From positions 1 to 42,069 of the forward strand of contig CALVJD010000039.1 of the NCBI GenBank assembly GCA_944332005.1: a DNA stretch of 42,069 nt, in the 5' to 3' direction. How positions within the stretch are numbered: the stretch's first letter is position 1; each line of letters begins with the position of its first letter. This document shows, piece by piece, positions 28,940 to 39,932 of this stretch. The stretch is from an uncultured Bacilli bacterium. Its GTDB lineage: Bacteria; Bacillota_I; Bacilli_A; RF39; UBA660. The position numbers and the translations under genes are program-made. The notes beneath the pieces were generated by a model, which saw only the letters and a program-made list of their open reading frames with translations, was not told where the DNA came from and searched no databases.

Positions 28940-30409
28940 TTATAAAACGATAGCAAATAAATTCCCAGAGCCTTTGTTGACAAGCTTTGACAATGTTTGT
29001 TGTAATTTATATCTTACGTTTTCTGGAAGTAATGAAAGCTTAGCTTGAATTCCTTCTTGTACGATAACATCTAAACTACGTCCAAAAATTTCACTCTTCC
29101 AAATATTTTCATTATCATTATCTTTCATAAGATAATTAATCAATTCTTTACTTTGTAATTCTGATCCGATAATAGGTTCAAACGTACTTTCGACATCGAC
29201 ACGAATCATATGAATAGATGGTGCGACAGCTTTCAATTTGATACCATAACGACTTCCTTGTTTAATGATCTCTGGTGTATCCAACTTCATATCAGACAAA
29301 GTTGGACTAGCAACTCCATAACCAGTTTGTTTTACCATCTTAAGTGCACCCTTGATTTGATCATATTCGCATTTTGCTTCGTTGTAATCTTGGAATAATG
29401 TTAGAAGTGCGGCTTTGCTTGTCACATCCACTCCGATGATATCTTTTAAAATTTGATTATAAAGTTCGTTTGGTGCTTGTAATGTTACCGTTACTTCACC
29501 AGTAGAAGTATCGACATTTGATAAATAGGATTTACTAATATATTCACAATCATTAAAATGCTGATTGATGGTATCAATGTCGCGTAACTTGTCAATTTCG
29601 ACAACACTTTCGCGAATCTTTTCGATATAAACTTTTTTCAACCAATGATTTGGACTCAAACAAGCGATCCATTCTGGCATATCAACTTTTACTTCTAGAA
29701 CTGGGAATTCATATAAAGCTTCTCTTAAAATATTGTAAATATCTCGTTCGTTCATATTTTCCACACTGATCGGCAATACCGGAACTTGATATTCTTCGTG
29801 TAACTTCTCAGCCATTCGTTCTGTTTCTGGTAACATTGGATGTGTCGAATTCAAAACGACAATAAATGGTTTCCCAATCTCTTTTAATTCGTTTACGACT
29901 CTCGATTCAGCTTCGACATAATCACTTCTCGTAAGTTCGCCAATCGATCCATCGGTCGTTACCACAATTCCAATTGTCGAATGATCCTTAATAACCTTTT
30001 CTGTTCCTACCTCAGCAGCTTCGATAAATGGTATTTCTTCATCATACCAAGGGGTCTTTACCATCCTTGGTCCATTTTCATCTTCATAACCTTTGGCATT
30101 GGGAATCACATAACCAACACAATCGATCAATTTGACATTCGTCTCAATTTCATCAATCTTAATTTTGGCGGCATTACTTGGAACAAATTTTGGTTCCGTC
30201 GTCATAATCGTCTTTCCTTGAGCACTTTGTGGTATTTCATCAAGCGCTCTTTTTCGTTCGTATTCATCTTCAATATTAGGGACGACAAGATTCTCAATTA
30301 CTTTTTTTATGAAAGTTGATTTTCCTGTACGAACTGCCCCTACTACTCCTAAATAAATATCGCCACCGGTTCTTTCGGTGATGCTTTTAATGATATCTAT
30401 CTTTTCCAT
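28940..30409 (-). CDS. spoIVA: Stage IV sporulation protein A
   Basis: RTGGDIYLGVVGAVRTGKSTFIK, MTTEPKFVP, DCVGY, HSTIGIVVTTDGS, GSG.L.AI.L. Confidence 0.99.
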   Translation of the reverse strand: MEKIDIIKSITERTGGDIYLGVVGAVRTGKSTFIKKVIENLVVPNIEDEYERKRALDEIPQSAQGKTIMTTEPKFVPSNAAKIKIDEIETNVKLIDCVGYVIPNAKGYEDENGPRMVKTPWYDEEIPFIEAAEVGTEKVIKDHSTIGIVVTTDGSIGELTRSDYVEAESRVVNELKEIGKPFIVVLNSTHPMLPETERMAEKLHEEYQVPVLPISVENMNERDIYNILREALYEFPVLEVKVDMPEWIACLSPNHWLKKVYIEKIRESVVEIDKLRDIDTINQHFNDCEYISKSYLSNVDTSTGEVTVTLQAPNELYNQILKDIIGVDVTSKAALLTLFQDYNEAKCEYDQIKGALKMVKQTGYGVASPTLSDMKLDTPEIIKQGSRYGIKLKAVAPSIHMIRVDVESTFEPIIGSELQSKELINYLMKDNDNENIWKSEIFGRSLDVIVQEGIQAKLSLLPENVRYKLQQTLSKLVNKGSGNLFAIVL

Positions 30410-30438
30410 ATAATCCCTACTTTCCTCGAATTCATTTA

Positions 30439-30466
30439 ACTATATGATCAAAAAATTCAAGTTATG
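30439..30466 (-). promoter_or_regulatory. sigma-E promoter of spoIVA
   Basis: CATA-16 nt-CATATAGT. Confidence 0.7.
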
Positions 30467-30554
30467 TATGATTTCTACTTTTAAAAAACAAAATTTTGTA
30501 TTTTTTCCAATCTAAAATAATAAAAGAAAACAAAAGAAAGCATTCGCCTTCCCT

Positions 30555-31574
30555 TTAACTTTTAAATGTTTTCGATAATCTTTTTTCTTTTGTTGATGAC
30601 ATTTCTACTTCTTGTTGGTGAGCCTCACTACTAAAAAACATCATAGCAGCATATTCGTGCAAAATAGCAGAAAGCTCACAATTATTTTTTATTTCATCGG
30701 AAAGAAGAGAACTTTTTTTACAAAAATATATGACATAATCCGAAAAATAAGGATTATCGATATAACTTTCTAATCGATCATGGTATTGTTCTACCAGATA
30801 CTGACCAGTTATAATAGCAAGTGCATGACTATATTGATTATAAAAAAGTTTATCATCTTCGAAATCGTCATGTTTACATAGTTCTTGTTTCCAGTCTCGC
30901 ATGATATCATGTAATCGATAAGAAGGACTATCGAAATAAGGATACTGATATAAAATGGTCTGATATAACTGATCCATAAAAGCCGTTTTTTGAAATAATT
31001 CACTTCCAATTAAGAAATCAGATAATACATAAAACCAGTAATTTTGATTTGGTTTAATACTAGCTTCATGATTTAAATAAAAAGCATCTCCAATGCCTAA
31101 GTATACCAACGGATCTAACCGCAAATCTCTATCGGTAATCATCGATCTACGACGTTCTATTTCTTGTTCATAATCAACTTCCGAAATACTCTCTTGATGA
31201 TAAAATTCTCGTAAGTCTACTTGATTTGAAAATTCTATTCCGTAAAGATAAGAAAGTCGTTCAGATATTTGCAAATGAGGATGAAAACAATAACTATTTA
31301 CAATCGAAGAATCATGAAGTTGAAAACCATATTTTTGAAAAAATTGCTTTCTTATAAGTTCTATTTCATGCAGACAAGTTTGATCATGAAAAATATAAAT
31401 CACTCGATCTTTTAAAACTTCATTATCAACATACACATATATTTGATAAGTTCCAGCTATACTTAACGCATCATATTGTGCGATTGTCATAGAAAAAGAT
31501 CCCGGACATAATTTTTCCATATAATCAATTTCTTCATCTAACATATCCATTACATATTTTTCATCGTTTGTCAT
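30555..31574 (-). CDS. Hypothetical protein (339 aa)
   Basis: Long ORF with GGGG/AGGTG RBS; Tyr/acid-rich; basic C-terminal tail; no family recognised. Confidence 0.8.
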   Translation of the reverse strand: MTNDEKYVMDMLDEEIDYMEKLCPGSFSMTIAQYDALSIAGTYQIYVYVDNEVLKDRVIYIFHDQTCLHEIELIRKQFFQKYGFQLHDSSIVNSYCFHPHLQISERLSYLYGIEFSNQVDLREFYHQESISEVDYEQEIERRRSMITDRDLRLDPLVYLGIGDAFYLNHEASIKPNQNYWFYVLSDFLIGSELFQKTAFMDQLYQTILYQYPYFDSPSYRLHDIMRDWKQELCKHDDFEDDKLFYNQYSHALAIITGQYLVEQYHDRLESYIDNPYFSDYVIYFCKKSSLLSDEIKNNCELSAILHEYAAMMFFSSEAHQQEVEMSSTKEKRLSKTFKS

Positions 31575-31626
31575 TTACCCCACCTTGTCATTATTGTACT
31601 AAAAGAAAATTTTAAAAACAAGAGTT

Positions 31627-31872
31627 CTAAAACATTTTATCAATATTTTTTGGAACCTTATCATTGACAATAGCTGCTACAATTTTATCTTCTTTTTCTT
31701 TTGAAACCTCTTTTCCAGTCATCTTTCCTAATTCTTGAATCACTTCACGAAGTGTTCCTTCATTTTTTAAATCATTTTGCTGTAACTTCTTAGCCAAGTC
31801 CATAATCGTATCCTTTCCTACATTGGTTTTCTTTTCTATTTTATTAAAAAAATGGTCACTAAAATTAAACAT
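31627..31872 (-). CDS. spoVIF: Stage VI sporulation protein F family
   Basis: FF.KIEKKTNV...I..LA..LQ..DLK.E..LR.VI...G...GK.VSKEKEDKIV.AI; start at ATG 31872 after AGGAGG. Confidence 0.88.
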   Translation of the reverse strand: MFNFSDHFFNKIEKKTNVGKDTIMDLAKKLQQNDLKNEGTLREVIQELGKMTGKEVSKEKEDKIVAAIVNDKVPKNIDKMF

Positions 31873-31891
31873 CTTAAACCCTCCTACTCTT

Positions 31892-31920
31892 AGTGTATGA
31901 ATTTGAGAAAAAAGAGTTAT
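31892..31920 (-). promoter_or_regulatory. sigma-E promoter of spoVIF
   Basis: ATA-18 nt-CATACACT. Confidence 0.65.
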
Positions 31921-31969
31921 CAAAAAAAGACTATTAACAACATTTACTTTGTCAACAGTCTGAAAAAGG

Positions 31970-33289
31970 TTATAGTTCTTCTTCTCCTTTATTTTTAAAT
32001 TGCAAAACGATCGGTGTTCCTTCAAAATCAAAGGATTCACGCAATTTATTTTCCAAGTATCGTTCGTAAGAGAAATGAATTAATCCTTTACTATTCACTT
32101 GAATATGAAACGTTGGAGGTTTGATCCCTACTTGTTTCGAAAAATAAATTTTTAAACGCTTTCCTTTATAAGTTGGAGGTAGATTCAGCGCATATGCATC
32201 TGTTATTACATCGTTTAATACATTTGTTTTAATTTCACGTTTACTATTCTCATAAACACGTAAAATTTCAGGCATCAAAGTATGAATACGCTTTGTTGTC
32301 TTAGCAGATAAAAAGACAATCGGTGCATAAGTCATAAATTGAAAATGAGCACGAATATCATTCTTCCACTTTTTCATAGCCTCGTCTTTATCTTCGATAA
32401 CATCCCATTTATTAACAACAATCACAACCGCCTTACCAGCTTCTAAAGCATAACCAGCAATATGTTTATCATGTTCAATAATTCCTTCTTCAGCATTGAT
32501 CACAATAACACATACATCAGAACGATCAATAGCCTTTAAAGAGCGCAGCAAGCTATATTTTTCAATATTCTCATAGACTTTACCACGTTTACGCATCCCC
32601 GCTGTATCGATCACGACACATTCTTGTCCATGATAAGTAAATGGTGTGTCAATCGCATCACGAGTCGTACCCGCAACATCACTGACAATCACTTTATTCT
32701 CTCCTATAATCGCATTAACCAAACTACTTTTTCCAACATTCGGTCTTCCAATCACGCAAAATTTCAATATATTTTCATCATATTCTTCTTCTATTTTAGG
32801 GAAATCACGGGTAATTTGCTCCAATAAATCATAAATTCCCTCATTTTGTTCTCCCGAAACATTGATATAATCTTCAAAGCCTAATTCATAAAAATCATAT
32901 AGATGTTCACGACTTTCCTTACTATCCATTTTATTCATTGCCACAACGACTTTCTTATTTGCCTTTATTAGCATATCACGTACAACCAAGTCATTACTTG
33001 TAAGGCCCTCTTTCGCATCGACGACGAAAACGACGACATCCGCTTCTTCAATCGCAATTTCTGCCTGCATTTTTATTTCTTCGTTGAACGCATCGTTACC
33101 AAGATCGATACCCCCCGTATCAATCAAGTGAAAATGATAATCTCTAAATGTTACACTACCATATACACGATCCCTCGTAACTCCTGGAGTATCTTCGATA
33201 ATGGCAATCTTTTTTCCTACTAAACGATTAAAAATAGTCGATTTCCCCACATTAGGTCGACCAACTAGTGCGACAACTGGCTTCTTCAT
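31970..33289 (-). CDS. der: Ribosome biogenesis GTPase Der/EngA
   Basis: Two tandem GTPase domains (GRPNVGKS x2, DTGG/DTAG, NKMD/NKWD) and KH-like tail. Confidence 0.98.
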   Translation of the reverse strand: MKKPVVALVGRPNVGKSTIFNRLVGKKIAIIEDTPGVTRDRVYGSVTFRDYHFHLIDTGGIDLGNDAFNEEIKMQAEIAIEEADVVVFVVDAKEGLTSNDLVVRDMLIKANKKVVVAMNKMDSKESREHLYDFYELGFEDYINVSGEQNEGIYDLLEQITRDFPKIEEEYDENILKFCVIGRPNVGKSSLVNAIIGENKVIVSDVAGTTRDAIDTPFTYHGQECVVIDTAGMRKRGKVYENIEKYSLLRSLKAIDRSDVCVIVINAEEGIIEHDKHIAGYALEAGKAVVIVVNKWDVIEDKDEAMKKWKNDIRAHFQFMTYAPIVFLSAKTTKRIHTLMPEILRVYENSKREIKTNVLNDVITDAYALNLPPTYKGKRLKIYFSKQVGIKPPTFHIQVNSKGLIHFSYERYLENKLRESFDFEGTPIVLQFKNKGEEEL

Positions 33290-33388
33290 AATATCCACCT
33301 CAATTTCTCAATTATTATAGCATATATTTCTTTTTAACTAAAGAAAAATGAGAATATTTTTATTTCCTATAACATCCGTGACAATCTT

Positions 33389-33883
33389 TTAAGTAGTCTG
33401 AAAAACTTTACCACTACTAATAATCATATCCGTATCTTGATAAACTAACACACTTTTTTCTAACAATGCTCCAATTTCTAATTCCGTAAGTTCTACTTGA
33501 GGTAAAAAATAACATTGATTGTGATAAAAATAACAAATTCCTTTTTTCTTTAACTGTTGAGGTATTTCAAAACAATCTTCAAAAAGATAAAGAAAGCGGC
33601 AATTATGGTCAAGCGTAATCCGCATATCAATTTGATTAAAAGAAAGTTCATAATAGTCAATATCCTCTTTTTTCATATTTAAAATCATACCATAACTATT
33701 ATCATAATAAGCATCGATTTCATAATAGCCATTGATCGTCATGCGATAGTCTTTTTTCAATCTCAAAAAGATCGACTTTAAATAATCCTCTAACTCTTGT
33801 TTCTGTAAAACATCAAAATGATCGATATCATAATGGTTCAAAAAAATCTCATAATGATGATAGTCGTTTTTCAATACTTTCAT
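33389..33883 (-). CDS. MecA-family adaptor protein (MecB/YpbH-like)
   Basis: Collinear by eye with remembered YpbH: IFL, NG...I..Y....GM, IDM.I.LD, Y.F, Y.Y..Q.Y, GK.; also near der as in Bacillus. Confidence 0.6.
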   Translation of the reverse strand: MKVLKNDYHHYEIFLNHYDIDHFDVLQKQELEDYLKSIFLRLKKDYRMTINGYYEIDAYYDNSYGMILNMKKEDIDYYELSFNQIDMRITLDHNCRFLYLFEDCFEIPQQLKKKGICYFYHNQCYFLPQVELTELEIGALLEKSVLVYQDTDMIISSGKVFQTT

Positions 33884-33931
33884 CGTATCACCTAAAGTAT
33901 TGTATGTGACTTTATCATTTATGAGATTGAA

Positions 33932-34513
33932 TTAACAAACTCTTTCGATTTTTTCATGAATCTCGTCTTTACCCATTTTCGTAACATTGGAGAATACGAC
34001 AAAATCATTGCCGACGACAAGTTCAAGTTCATCGAGAATCTGATTGCGATGTTTTTGATGTAGCGTAACACCTACTTTATCAGCCTTGGTAGCAACGATC
34101 GTTACAGGAATATTATAATATTTCAAAAAATTATACATCATAATGTCGTCACTAGTCGGTTTATGACGAAAATCGATCAACATAAACACTTGCTTTAAAT
34201 TAGGGCGATTCGTCATATAATCTTCCATCATAAGACCAAACTTTTTTCTTTTTGCTTTACTTAAATTAGCGAATCCATAACCTGGTGCATCCACTAAATA
34301 AAAAGTATCGTTGACTAGATAAAAATTGATTGTTTGTGTTTTTCCAGGATTGGAAGATGTCCTAGCATAATTTTTTCGGCTGATAATCGTGTTGATGAAG
34401 CTACTTTTTCCAACATTGCTTCTTCCTACTAATAAAAATTCAGGTTTATTATCCGTCGGATATTGACTGCGTCTAACTGCACTAACGGCCAAATTAACAC
34501 TCGTTATTTTCAT
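33932..34513 (-). CDS. engB: GTP-binding protein EngB/YsxC
   Basis: GRSNVGKSS, ARTS.NPGKTQ, VDAPGYG, TKADK. Confidence 0.97.
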   Translation of the reverse strand: MKITSVNLAVSAVRRSQYPTDNKPEFLLVGRSNVGKSSFINTIISRKNYARTSSNPGKTQTINFYLVNDTFYLVDAPGYGFANLSKAKRKKFGLMMEDYMTNRPNLKQVFMLIDFRHKPTSDDIMMYNFLKYYNIPVTIVATKADKVGVTLHQKHRNQILDELELVVGNDFVVFSNVTKMGKDEIHEKIERVC

Positions 34514-34536
34514 ATGACACCATCCTTGTTTTTTTC

Positions 34537-34566
34537 ATTATAACATCACCAACATTTATTTGTCAA
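34537..34566 (-). promoter_or_regulatory. sigma-A promoter of engB
   Basis: TTGACA-18 nt-TATAAT with TG extension. Confidence 0.65.
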
Positions 34567-34700
34567 AAAAACGGAAAAAGCATATCATAAAAGACCTTCC
34601 CAGGTATCGATCAAATGACCTTTTCTCTAGAAACCAATCTTTCCTTACTTTTAACTTTTAAAATTTAGAAAAATATAGTATAATGTATTAAGGTGATATT

Positions 34701-35285
34701 GTGAACTATCCAACTGGTGTAAAACAAGGAAGACATAATAATATAACCTATGGAAATCGAGGAATGGGATTAGAGAGCGATATCAATGTAACCAATGAAT
34801 ACTACTTGTTACATGATAAAGCTGTTATTCATAAAAAACCTACTCCGATTACCATCTCGAAAGTCGATTATCATTCTCGCGTCGATGCGGTTATCAAAGA
34901 AGGATATTTTAGAACTCCTTCCACTACCGATTATAATGGTGTTTATCGTGGGCGTTATATCGATTTTGAAGCGAAAGAGACGACAATCAAAACATACTTT
35001 CCACTACGTAATATTCATGAACATCAAATTAGACATTTGAAGAAAATTATGGAACATGGCGGAATTGGATTTGTCATCGTTCGTTTTACAACGATTAATG
35101 AAACTTACTTTTTAGATGGACCAAAACTAATGAATTTTTTGCATCATGAGACACGAAAATCAATCCCTATTTCTTATTTTAGAAAAGAAGGATATCTACT
35201 CAAGGATAACTTTCAACCAAGAATTGATTATTTAGAAATGATTGATAAAATATATTTTGGAGGAAAAAAAGATGAAGAAATTTAG
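34701..35285 (+). CDS. recU: Holliday junction resolvase RecU
   Basis: [31 protein letters not shown]. Confidence 0.97.
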   Translation: MNYPTGVKQGRHNNITYGNRGMGLESDINVTNEYYLLHDKAVIHKKPTPITISKVDYHSRVDAVIKEGYFRTPSTTDYNGVYRGRYIDFEAKETTIKTYFPLRNIHEHQIRHLKKIMEHGGIGFVIVRFTTINETYFLDGPKLMNFLHHETRKSIPISYFRKEGYLLKDNFQPRIDYLEMIDKIYFGGKKDEEI

Positions 35286-38163
35286 TTTAAAAAAAGTTAA
35301 AAAATGGATCAGGGAACATCCACAGACAATTGCGATTGCCATTTTAAGCATAATCGCCGTATTAGTGGGAAGACTTGCAATCGGATGGATGAAAGCCATT
35401 CTCATCGTTGGTACCGTTGATCTATTACTATGCATCCCTGCTATTTATCGTAAAATAACAGGTAAGAAAAAACGTAAACTAACCAAATCGGAGAAGAAAA
35501 AGAGATGGAAATATTTCTGGATTGGTATTTTCAGTTTATGTATCATAGGACTCATTGCTGTTTGTATGTTCTTCTATATGATCGTCAAGAATGCCCCGGA
35601 ATTTGATCCGGACTTACTTTACCAAAAAGAATCGACCATCATATACGATACAGATGGTACAATCTATGCGAAACTAGGAACAGAAAAACGTGAGAATATC
35701 TCTTATGAACAATTACCGGAAGTATTAGTGGATGCCATCGTCGCAACTGAAGATTCTCGTTTCTTCCAACATAATGGATTCGACTTACCACGTTTCTTGG
35801 TTGCCTCATTTAAACAACTATTAGGTAATTCCAATGCTGGTGGAGCTTCCACTTTGACCATGCAAGTTGTAAAAAACACTTATACTTCTACTACTTCTCA
35901 AGGTTGGGAAGGTATCGTTCGTAAATTTACCGATATCTACATGGCCATCTTTAAAGTTGAAAAGAAATATACCAAAAAAGAAATTATTGAATTTTATGTC
36001 AATTCCAACTATCTAGGTGGAGGTGCTTACGGAGTTGAACAAGCTTCTCTCACTTATTTTGGAAAAAGTGCAAAAGATCTTAATTTAGCAGAAGCTGCTA
36101 TGATTGCTGGATTATTCAATGCTCCTACTTATCTAGACCCATATGTCAATCCAGAAGGTGCTGAAGCGCGAAGACAAACGGTTCTCTATTTGATGGAACG
36201 TCATGGTTATATTACTTCAGAAGAAAGAGCCATTGCTAGTAAATTAACCGTCGAAGATTTATTAGTAGAACACGAAGAAACAACAACTTACCAAGGATTT
36301 ATCGATACCGTTGTAGAAGAAGTAAAAGATCGCTTAGGAGTCGATCCATATACGACACCACTTGAAATCTACTCTACGATGGACATGGAAAAACAAGCAT
36401 ATCTAGATAATATTATGAGTGGAAATACTTGGACATGGGAAAATGATGCGGTGCAAGCTGGTATCATGGTATTAGATGTCGATACAGGTGCGATCGTCGC
36501 CGTTGGTGCAAATCGTACTGGTAAGAAATTACAATATAATTATGCTACTATGACCAAACGTCAAATCGGATCAACCGCAAAACCACTTTATGATTATGGC
36601 CCTGGTATCGAATATAATAATTGGTCAACTTATACACCATTCACAGATGAACCTCATGCTTATTCTGATGGAACAGTCATTCAAAACTGGAATCGTAATT
36701 ACGAAGGATTCAGGACCATGCGTGAAGCACTCCGCGTCTCTCGTAATATACCGGCATTAAAAGCCTTCCAGAGTGTTAAAAATAGTGATATCAAAACGTT
36801 TGTTACCAATTTAGGTCTATCTCCTGAATTAGAAGGTAATATCGTTCATGAAGCACATGCTTTAGGTGGATACAATGGTGAATCACCACTTTCGATGGCG
36901 GCTGCTTACTCTGCTTTTGCTAATGGTGGATATTATAATGAACCATATAGTGTATCGAAAGTGGTTTATCGTGATACTGGTGAAGTTTGGGAATATAAAG
37001 GTCAAAAGAAACGTGCTATGTCTGAAGAAACAGCTTATATGGTAGCAGATATGTTGATCGATAGTGGTCAATACGGACTTAGTCGTTGGTCTAATATCAA
37101 TGGTGCTCAGTATGGTGCTAAGAGTGGTACATCGAATTATGACGCAGCTAAGATTCAAGATATGGGTTACCCTTCCAATGCCGTAAATGATCTATGGATC
37201 ACTGGTATTAATGCCGAATATGCAATTTCCTTATGGTATGGATATAAAGAAGCAATACCAGAATATACTAGTACCACTAATACAACAGCCCATCGTAGGC
37301 TCTTCCAACAAGTTGCCAAAGGCTTCTGGGAGGCAGGTGTTACGTTCACAAAACCAGATGGTGTTGTAGAAGTAGAAATCGAAACCGAGACCTACCCTGC
37401 TCAATTAGCAAGTGAAAATACTCCAGAAGATAAGAAAATTACCGAACTTTTCAAGAAAGGTACTGAACCAACTGAAACATCAAAACGCTTTGCTGCTCCA
37501 GATGATGTCAAAGCAGTTGATGCAACATTCGAAAATGGCGTTATGACTCTTAGTTGGGATGCCGTTGCAACTCCTTGGGGACTCGATCAAGTAAATGCAG
37601 AAAGTCTTGGAAATAGTCTGTTTGGTGATGAAACAGAACGTAATAAATTTATCAATAGTTATATGAGTTATAATAGAAGTGTATTAGGAGAAGTTGGTTA
37701 TAACGTTTATCGTAAGCATAGTGATGGATCATTAGAACTACTTGGATTTACAAAGGATACAACATTCGAACACAACATTACTTCGACAAGTGAATCTATC
37801 ACTTATGTAGTAAAAGCTACTTATACGATTTTAAAAGCAGAAAGTAGTGGCAGTGAGACAACGTATCGTTTCTCAGAAACCGATGCGATCATAACTGGTG
37901 AATTAAATGGCAGTAAAACCATCAACTTCACCATCGGTGATCCCGCTTATGAAGATCCAGGTGTGACGGTACTAGATAACTTAATTGATGTTACAGATAA
38001 AGCAACAATCGAAGAAACCATCGTTCGTAAATCTGATAACAAAGAAGTAGAAGAAATTGACTTTACAAAGGTAGATACTTATACCATCACCTATAAAGTC
38101 ACATATAAAACCTATACAGAGTCCTTTGTTCGAACGATTATCATCAAAGAACCTAGTGTTTAA
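35272..38163 (+). CDS. ponA: Class A penicillin-binding protein 1A with FN3 and C-terminal Ig-like (DUF5011-like) domains
   Basis: [23 protein letters not shown]; recU-ponA overlap; C-terminal LNG...Y.DPG...G/D.Y.ITY.V; start at ATG 35272 after GGAGG. Confidence 0.93.
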   Translation: MKKFSLKKVKKWIREHPQTIAIAILSIIAVLVGRLAIGWMKAILIVGTVDLLLCIPAIYRKITGKKKRKLTKSEKKKRWKYFWIGIFSLCIIGLIAVCMFFYMIVKNAPEFDPDLLYQKESTIIYDTDGTIYAKLGTEKRENISYEQLPEVLVDAIVATEDSRFFQHNGFDLPRFLVASFKQLLGNSNAGGASTLTMQVVKNTYTSTTSQGWEGIVRKFTDIYMAIFKVEKKYTKKEIIEFYVNSNYLGGGAYGVEQASLTYFGKSAKDLNLAEAAMIAGLFNAPTYLDPYVNPEGAEARRQTVLYLMERHGYITSEERAIASKLTVEDLLVEHEETTTYQGFIDTVVEEVKDRLGVDPYTTPLEIYSTMDMEKQAYLDNIMSGNTWTWENDAVQAGIMVLDVDTGAIVAVGANRTGKKLQYNYATMTKRQIGSTAKPLYDYGPGIEYNNWSTYTPFTDEPHAYSDGTVIQNWNRNYEGFRTMREALRVSRNIPALKAFQSVKNSDIKTFVTNLGLSPELEGNIVHEAHALGGYNGESPLSMAAAYSAFANGGYYNEPYSVSKVVYRDTGEVWEYKGQKKRAMSEETAYMVADMLIDSGQYGLSRWSNINGAQYGAKSGTSNYDAAKIQDMGYPSNAVNDLWITGINAEYAISLWYGYKEAIPEYTSTTNTTAHRRLFQQVAKGFWEAGVTFTKPDGVVEVEIETETYPAQLASENTPEDKKITELFKKGTEPTETSKRFAAPDDVKAVDATFENGVMTLSWDAVATPWGLDQVNAESLGNSLFGDETERNKFINSYMSYNRSVLGEVGYNVYRKHSDGSLELLGFTKDTTFEHNITSTSESITYVVKATYTILKAESSGSETTYRFSETDAIITGELNGSKTINFTIGDPAYEDPGVTVLDNLIDVTDKATIEETIVRKSDNKEVEEIDFTKVDTYTITYKVTYKTYTESFVRTIIIKEPSV

Positions 38164-38189
38164 GGTAAGAATGATTTCTTACCTTTTTT
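38162..38189. terminator. Terminator between convergent ponA and divIC
   Basis: AAGGTAAGAA / TTCTTACCTT + T run. Confidence 0.75.
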
Positions 38190-38210
38190 ATGTATAAAAA
38201 AAAGAAGACA

Positions 38211-38621
38211 TTATCTTCTCGCTTTACGGACAACATAAATGATCATACCAATGACTATCACTCCAATGCCACCAATAATATAATAATAATATTGATCCTC
38301 TCTCGATGTTGTTTCCTCTTCTTCTTCATCTTTTTCAATTTTTATAATATATTCTCCATCTTTGGAATAAAGATAGTTCTCTCTCGCATACCGTGCAATA
38401 TATTCAGGATCCTGTAACTTTTGAATTTCTGTTTTTAAATTTTGTTCTTCTTCTTTTAAAGATAACAACTTCTCTTCTAATTCACTCTGCTCTTTCTGTA
38501 ACCTGGCAATAGAAAAGGCATATGTGGTTAAGCTTACGAAAAAATACCCCATTAAAAGACAAGAAATCGTACCAAAAATAAGCAAACGTCGCTTTGATGC
38601 GCGACTGACCTTTTTTTTCAT
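38211..38621 (-). CDS. divIC: Septum formation initiator DivIC/FtsB
   Basis: Basic N-terminus, TM, coiled coil, LQDPEYIARYARENY.YSKDGE; extra C-terminal TM; follows yabPQ. Confidence 0.9.
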   Translation of the reverse strand: MKKKVSRASKRRLLIFGTISCLLMGYFFVSLTTYAFSIARLQKEQSELEEKLLSLKEEEQNLKTEIQKLQDPEYIARYARENYLYSKDGEYIIKIEKDEEEEETTSREDQYYYYIIGGIGVIVIGMIIYVVRKARR

Positions 38622-38650
38622 AAACTCACCATCCTAGCATAGTAAGTATA

Positions 38651-38938
38651 TCATTTTTTAAAATGTTTGGCAATTCTTTTATGAAAAGCCGTTTCTAGGA
38701 CATAACCACCTATGATCAGTAAAAAAGAATAAATATGAATAATTCCATAGTTAATTTTCTGTAATATCCAAAAGAAAAACAAAACATTGACGAAAACAAA
38801 TAGGCAAGTAATCAGATACCTTACCCATCTTTTTGACTGATATAACCATCTTTGATTCACTTCTACTAAAAAGGAAAAGAATATTCCATAGAAAAAAGAA
38901 AAGAGAATGACAATCATCTGTGTTTTTAAATTCATCAT
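38651..38938 (-). CDS. yabQ: Spore cortex biosynthesis protein YabQ (short form)
   Basis: M.L.TQ...F...F.G, hydrophobic, N.G.I..Y motif; lies between yabP and divIC. Confidence 0.8.
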   Translation of the reverse strand: MMNLKTQMIVILFSFFYGIFFSFLVEVNQRWLYQSKRWVRYLITCLFVFVNVLFFFWILQKINYGIIHIYSFLLIIGGYVLETAFHKRIAKHFKK

Positions 38939-39222
38939 TTAAATAACTTACTAAATACTCCATCCTCTTTTTCTTTTTTACCACTTTCTACATATTCCAA
39001 ACTATTTACTTTTCCTTTGATTGAAACCGTTCCTTGAAAAGTATCTAGTTTAATAATTTCCAATCCTTCTCCTTTAATAATAATATAACCCATACTAGTG
39101 TCCATTAAAAATTCTTCATTATCAAAACTATCAATTTTCTTTACTCCCGTAATCGTAATATTTTTTCGATCAGTCATCGTAATATTATGATTAAGCGATG
39201 ATATCGTCGTATCTTTATCCAT
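38935..39222 (-). CDS. yabP: Sporulation protein YabP
   Basis: H.I....RK.I.ITGV..I.SFD.EEF...T..G.I.IKG..L....LD, F.KLFK; start at ATG 39222 after AGGAGG. Confidence 0.93.
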   Translation of the reverse strand: MDKDTTISSLNHNITMTDRKNITITGVKKIDSFDNEEFLMDTSMGYIIIKGEGLEIIKLDTFQGTVSIKGKVNSLEYVESGKKEKEDGVFSKLFK

Positions 39223-39244
39223 ATATAGCCCTCCTATTAGTAAT

Positions 39245-39273
39245 AACATATGAACATGTCCCATTATTTAGAA
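39245..39273 (-). promoter_or_regulatory. sigma-E promoter of yabPQ-divIC
   Basis: TTCTA-16 nt-CATATGTT. Confidence 0.65.
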
Positions 39274-39295
39274 CAAAAAAATCATTCAGCAAAAA

Positions 39296-39895
39296 TTAAT
39301 GGGAAAGCTGAATGATTTTAAAAGTGTTATTCCTAGGATCAAACATCACTTCGTTAATGGCAATGTTGTAAAGATTGACATATTTAGGAAAATCACGAAA
39401 AGGAATATTTAAAATAAAACATAAAAAAGAGCGAATGGCATCATAATGGGAAGAGATTAAAATTGTTTTGCCATCGTTTTCACGTGCTATTTTGGTAATA
39501 CAAGCAACCACTCTTTTTTGAACCTCTATATATGGTTCTTGCCCCGGAATAATATTACGATTTAAATATTCTTTACGAACTCGATAAAGATCTGGGTACT
39601 TTCTTTGCATTTCCGCATCTGTCAATCCATCAAAAACACCATAATTAGCTTCGCGCAAATCATCACAAATGATTGGCTCTAAACCATGAGAAAGGGCCAC
39701 AGGAAAAATAGTCTCTCTGGTTCGTTTCATAGGACTTGAATAAATACGATCGATTTTAACAGAACGGAGGCGCTCAGTAAGGATCGTCGTTTGTTCATAT
39801 CCAAGTCGCGATAATTCTTCTTCTGTCGCACCACTCCATCGTCCCTCTAAATTGGCCATACTTTGAGCATGACGTACCAAGATAATATGTACCAT
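39296..39895 (-). CDS. Histidine phosphatase (phosphoglycerate mutase-like) family protein
   Basis: LVRHAQS..N, YSSP..R..ET, LRE.NYG.FDG, SSH; start at ATG 39895 after GGAGG. Confidence 0.9.
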   Translation of the reverse strand: MVHIILVRHAQSMANLEGRWSGATEEELSRLGYEQTTILTERLRSVKIDRIYSSPMKRTRETIFPVALSHGLEPIICDDLREANYGVFDGLTDAEMQRKYPDLYRVRKEYLNRNIIPGQEPYIEVQKRVVACITKIARENDGKTILISSHYDAIRSFLCFILNIPFRDFPKYVNLYNIAINEVMFDPRNNTFKIIQLSH

Positions 39896-39932
39896 CTTTT
39901 CCTCCCAACCCAAGAAAAAAACTCATACGAGT

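Noticed and set aside
34567-34700. engB/recU divergent spacer with a short GACCTT repeat
   Set aside because: The repeat is too short to support an operator or RNA call.
39296-39895. RHA and SHY variants of the histidine phosphatase motifs as signs of a pseudogene
   Set aside because: The catalytic Arg/His residues are retained and the ORF is full length.
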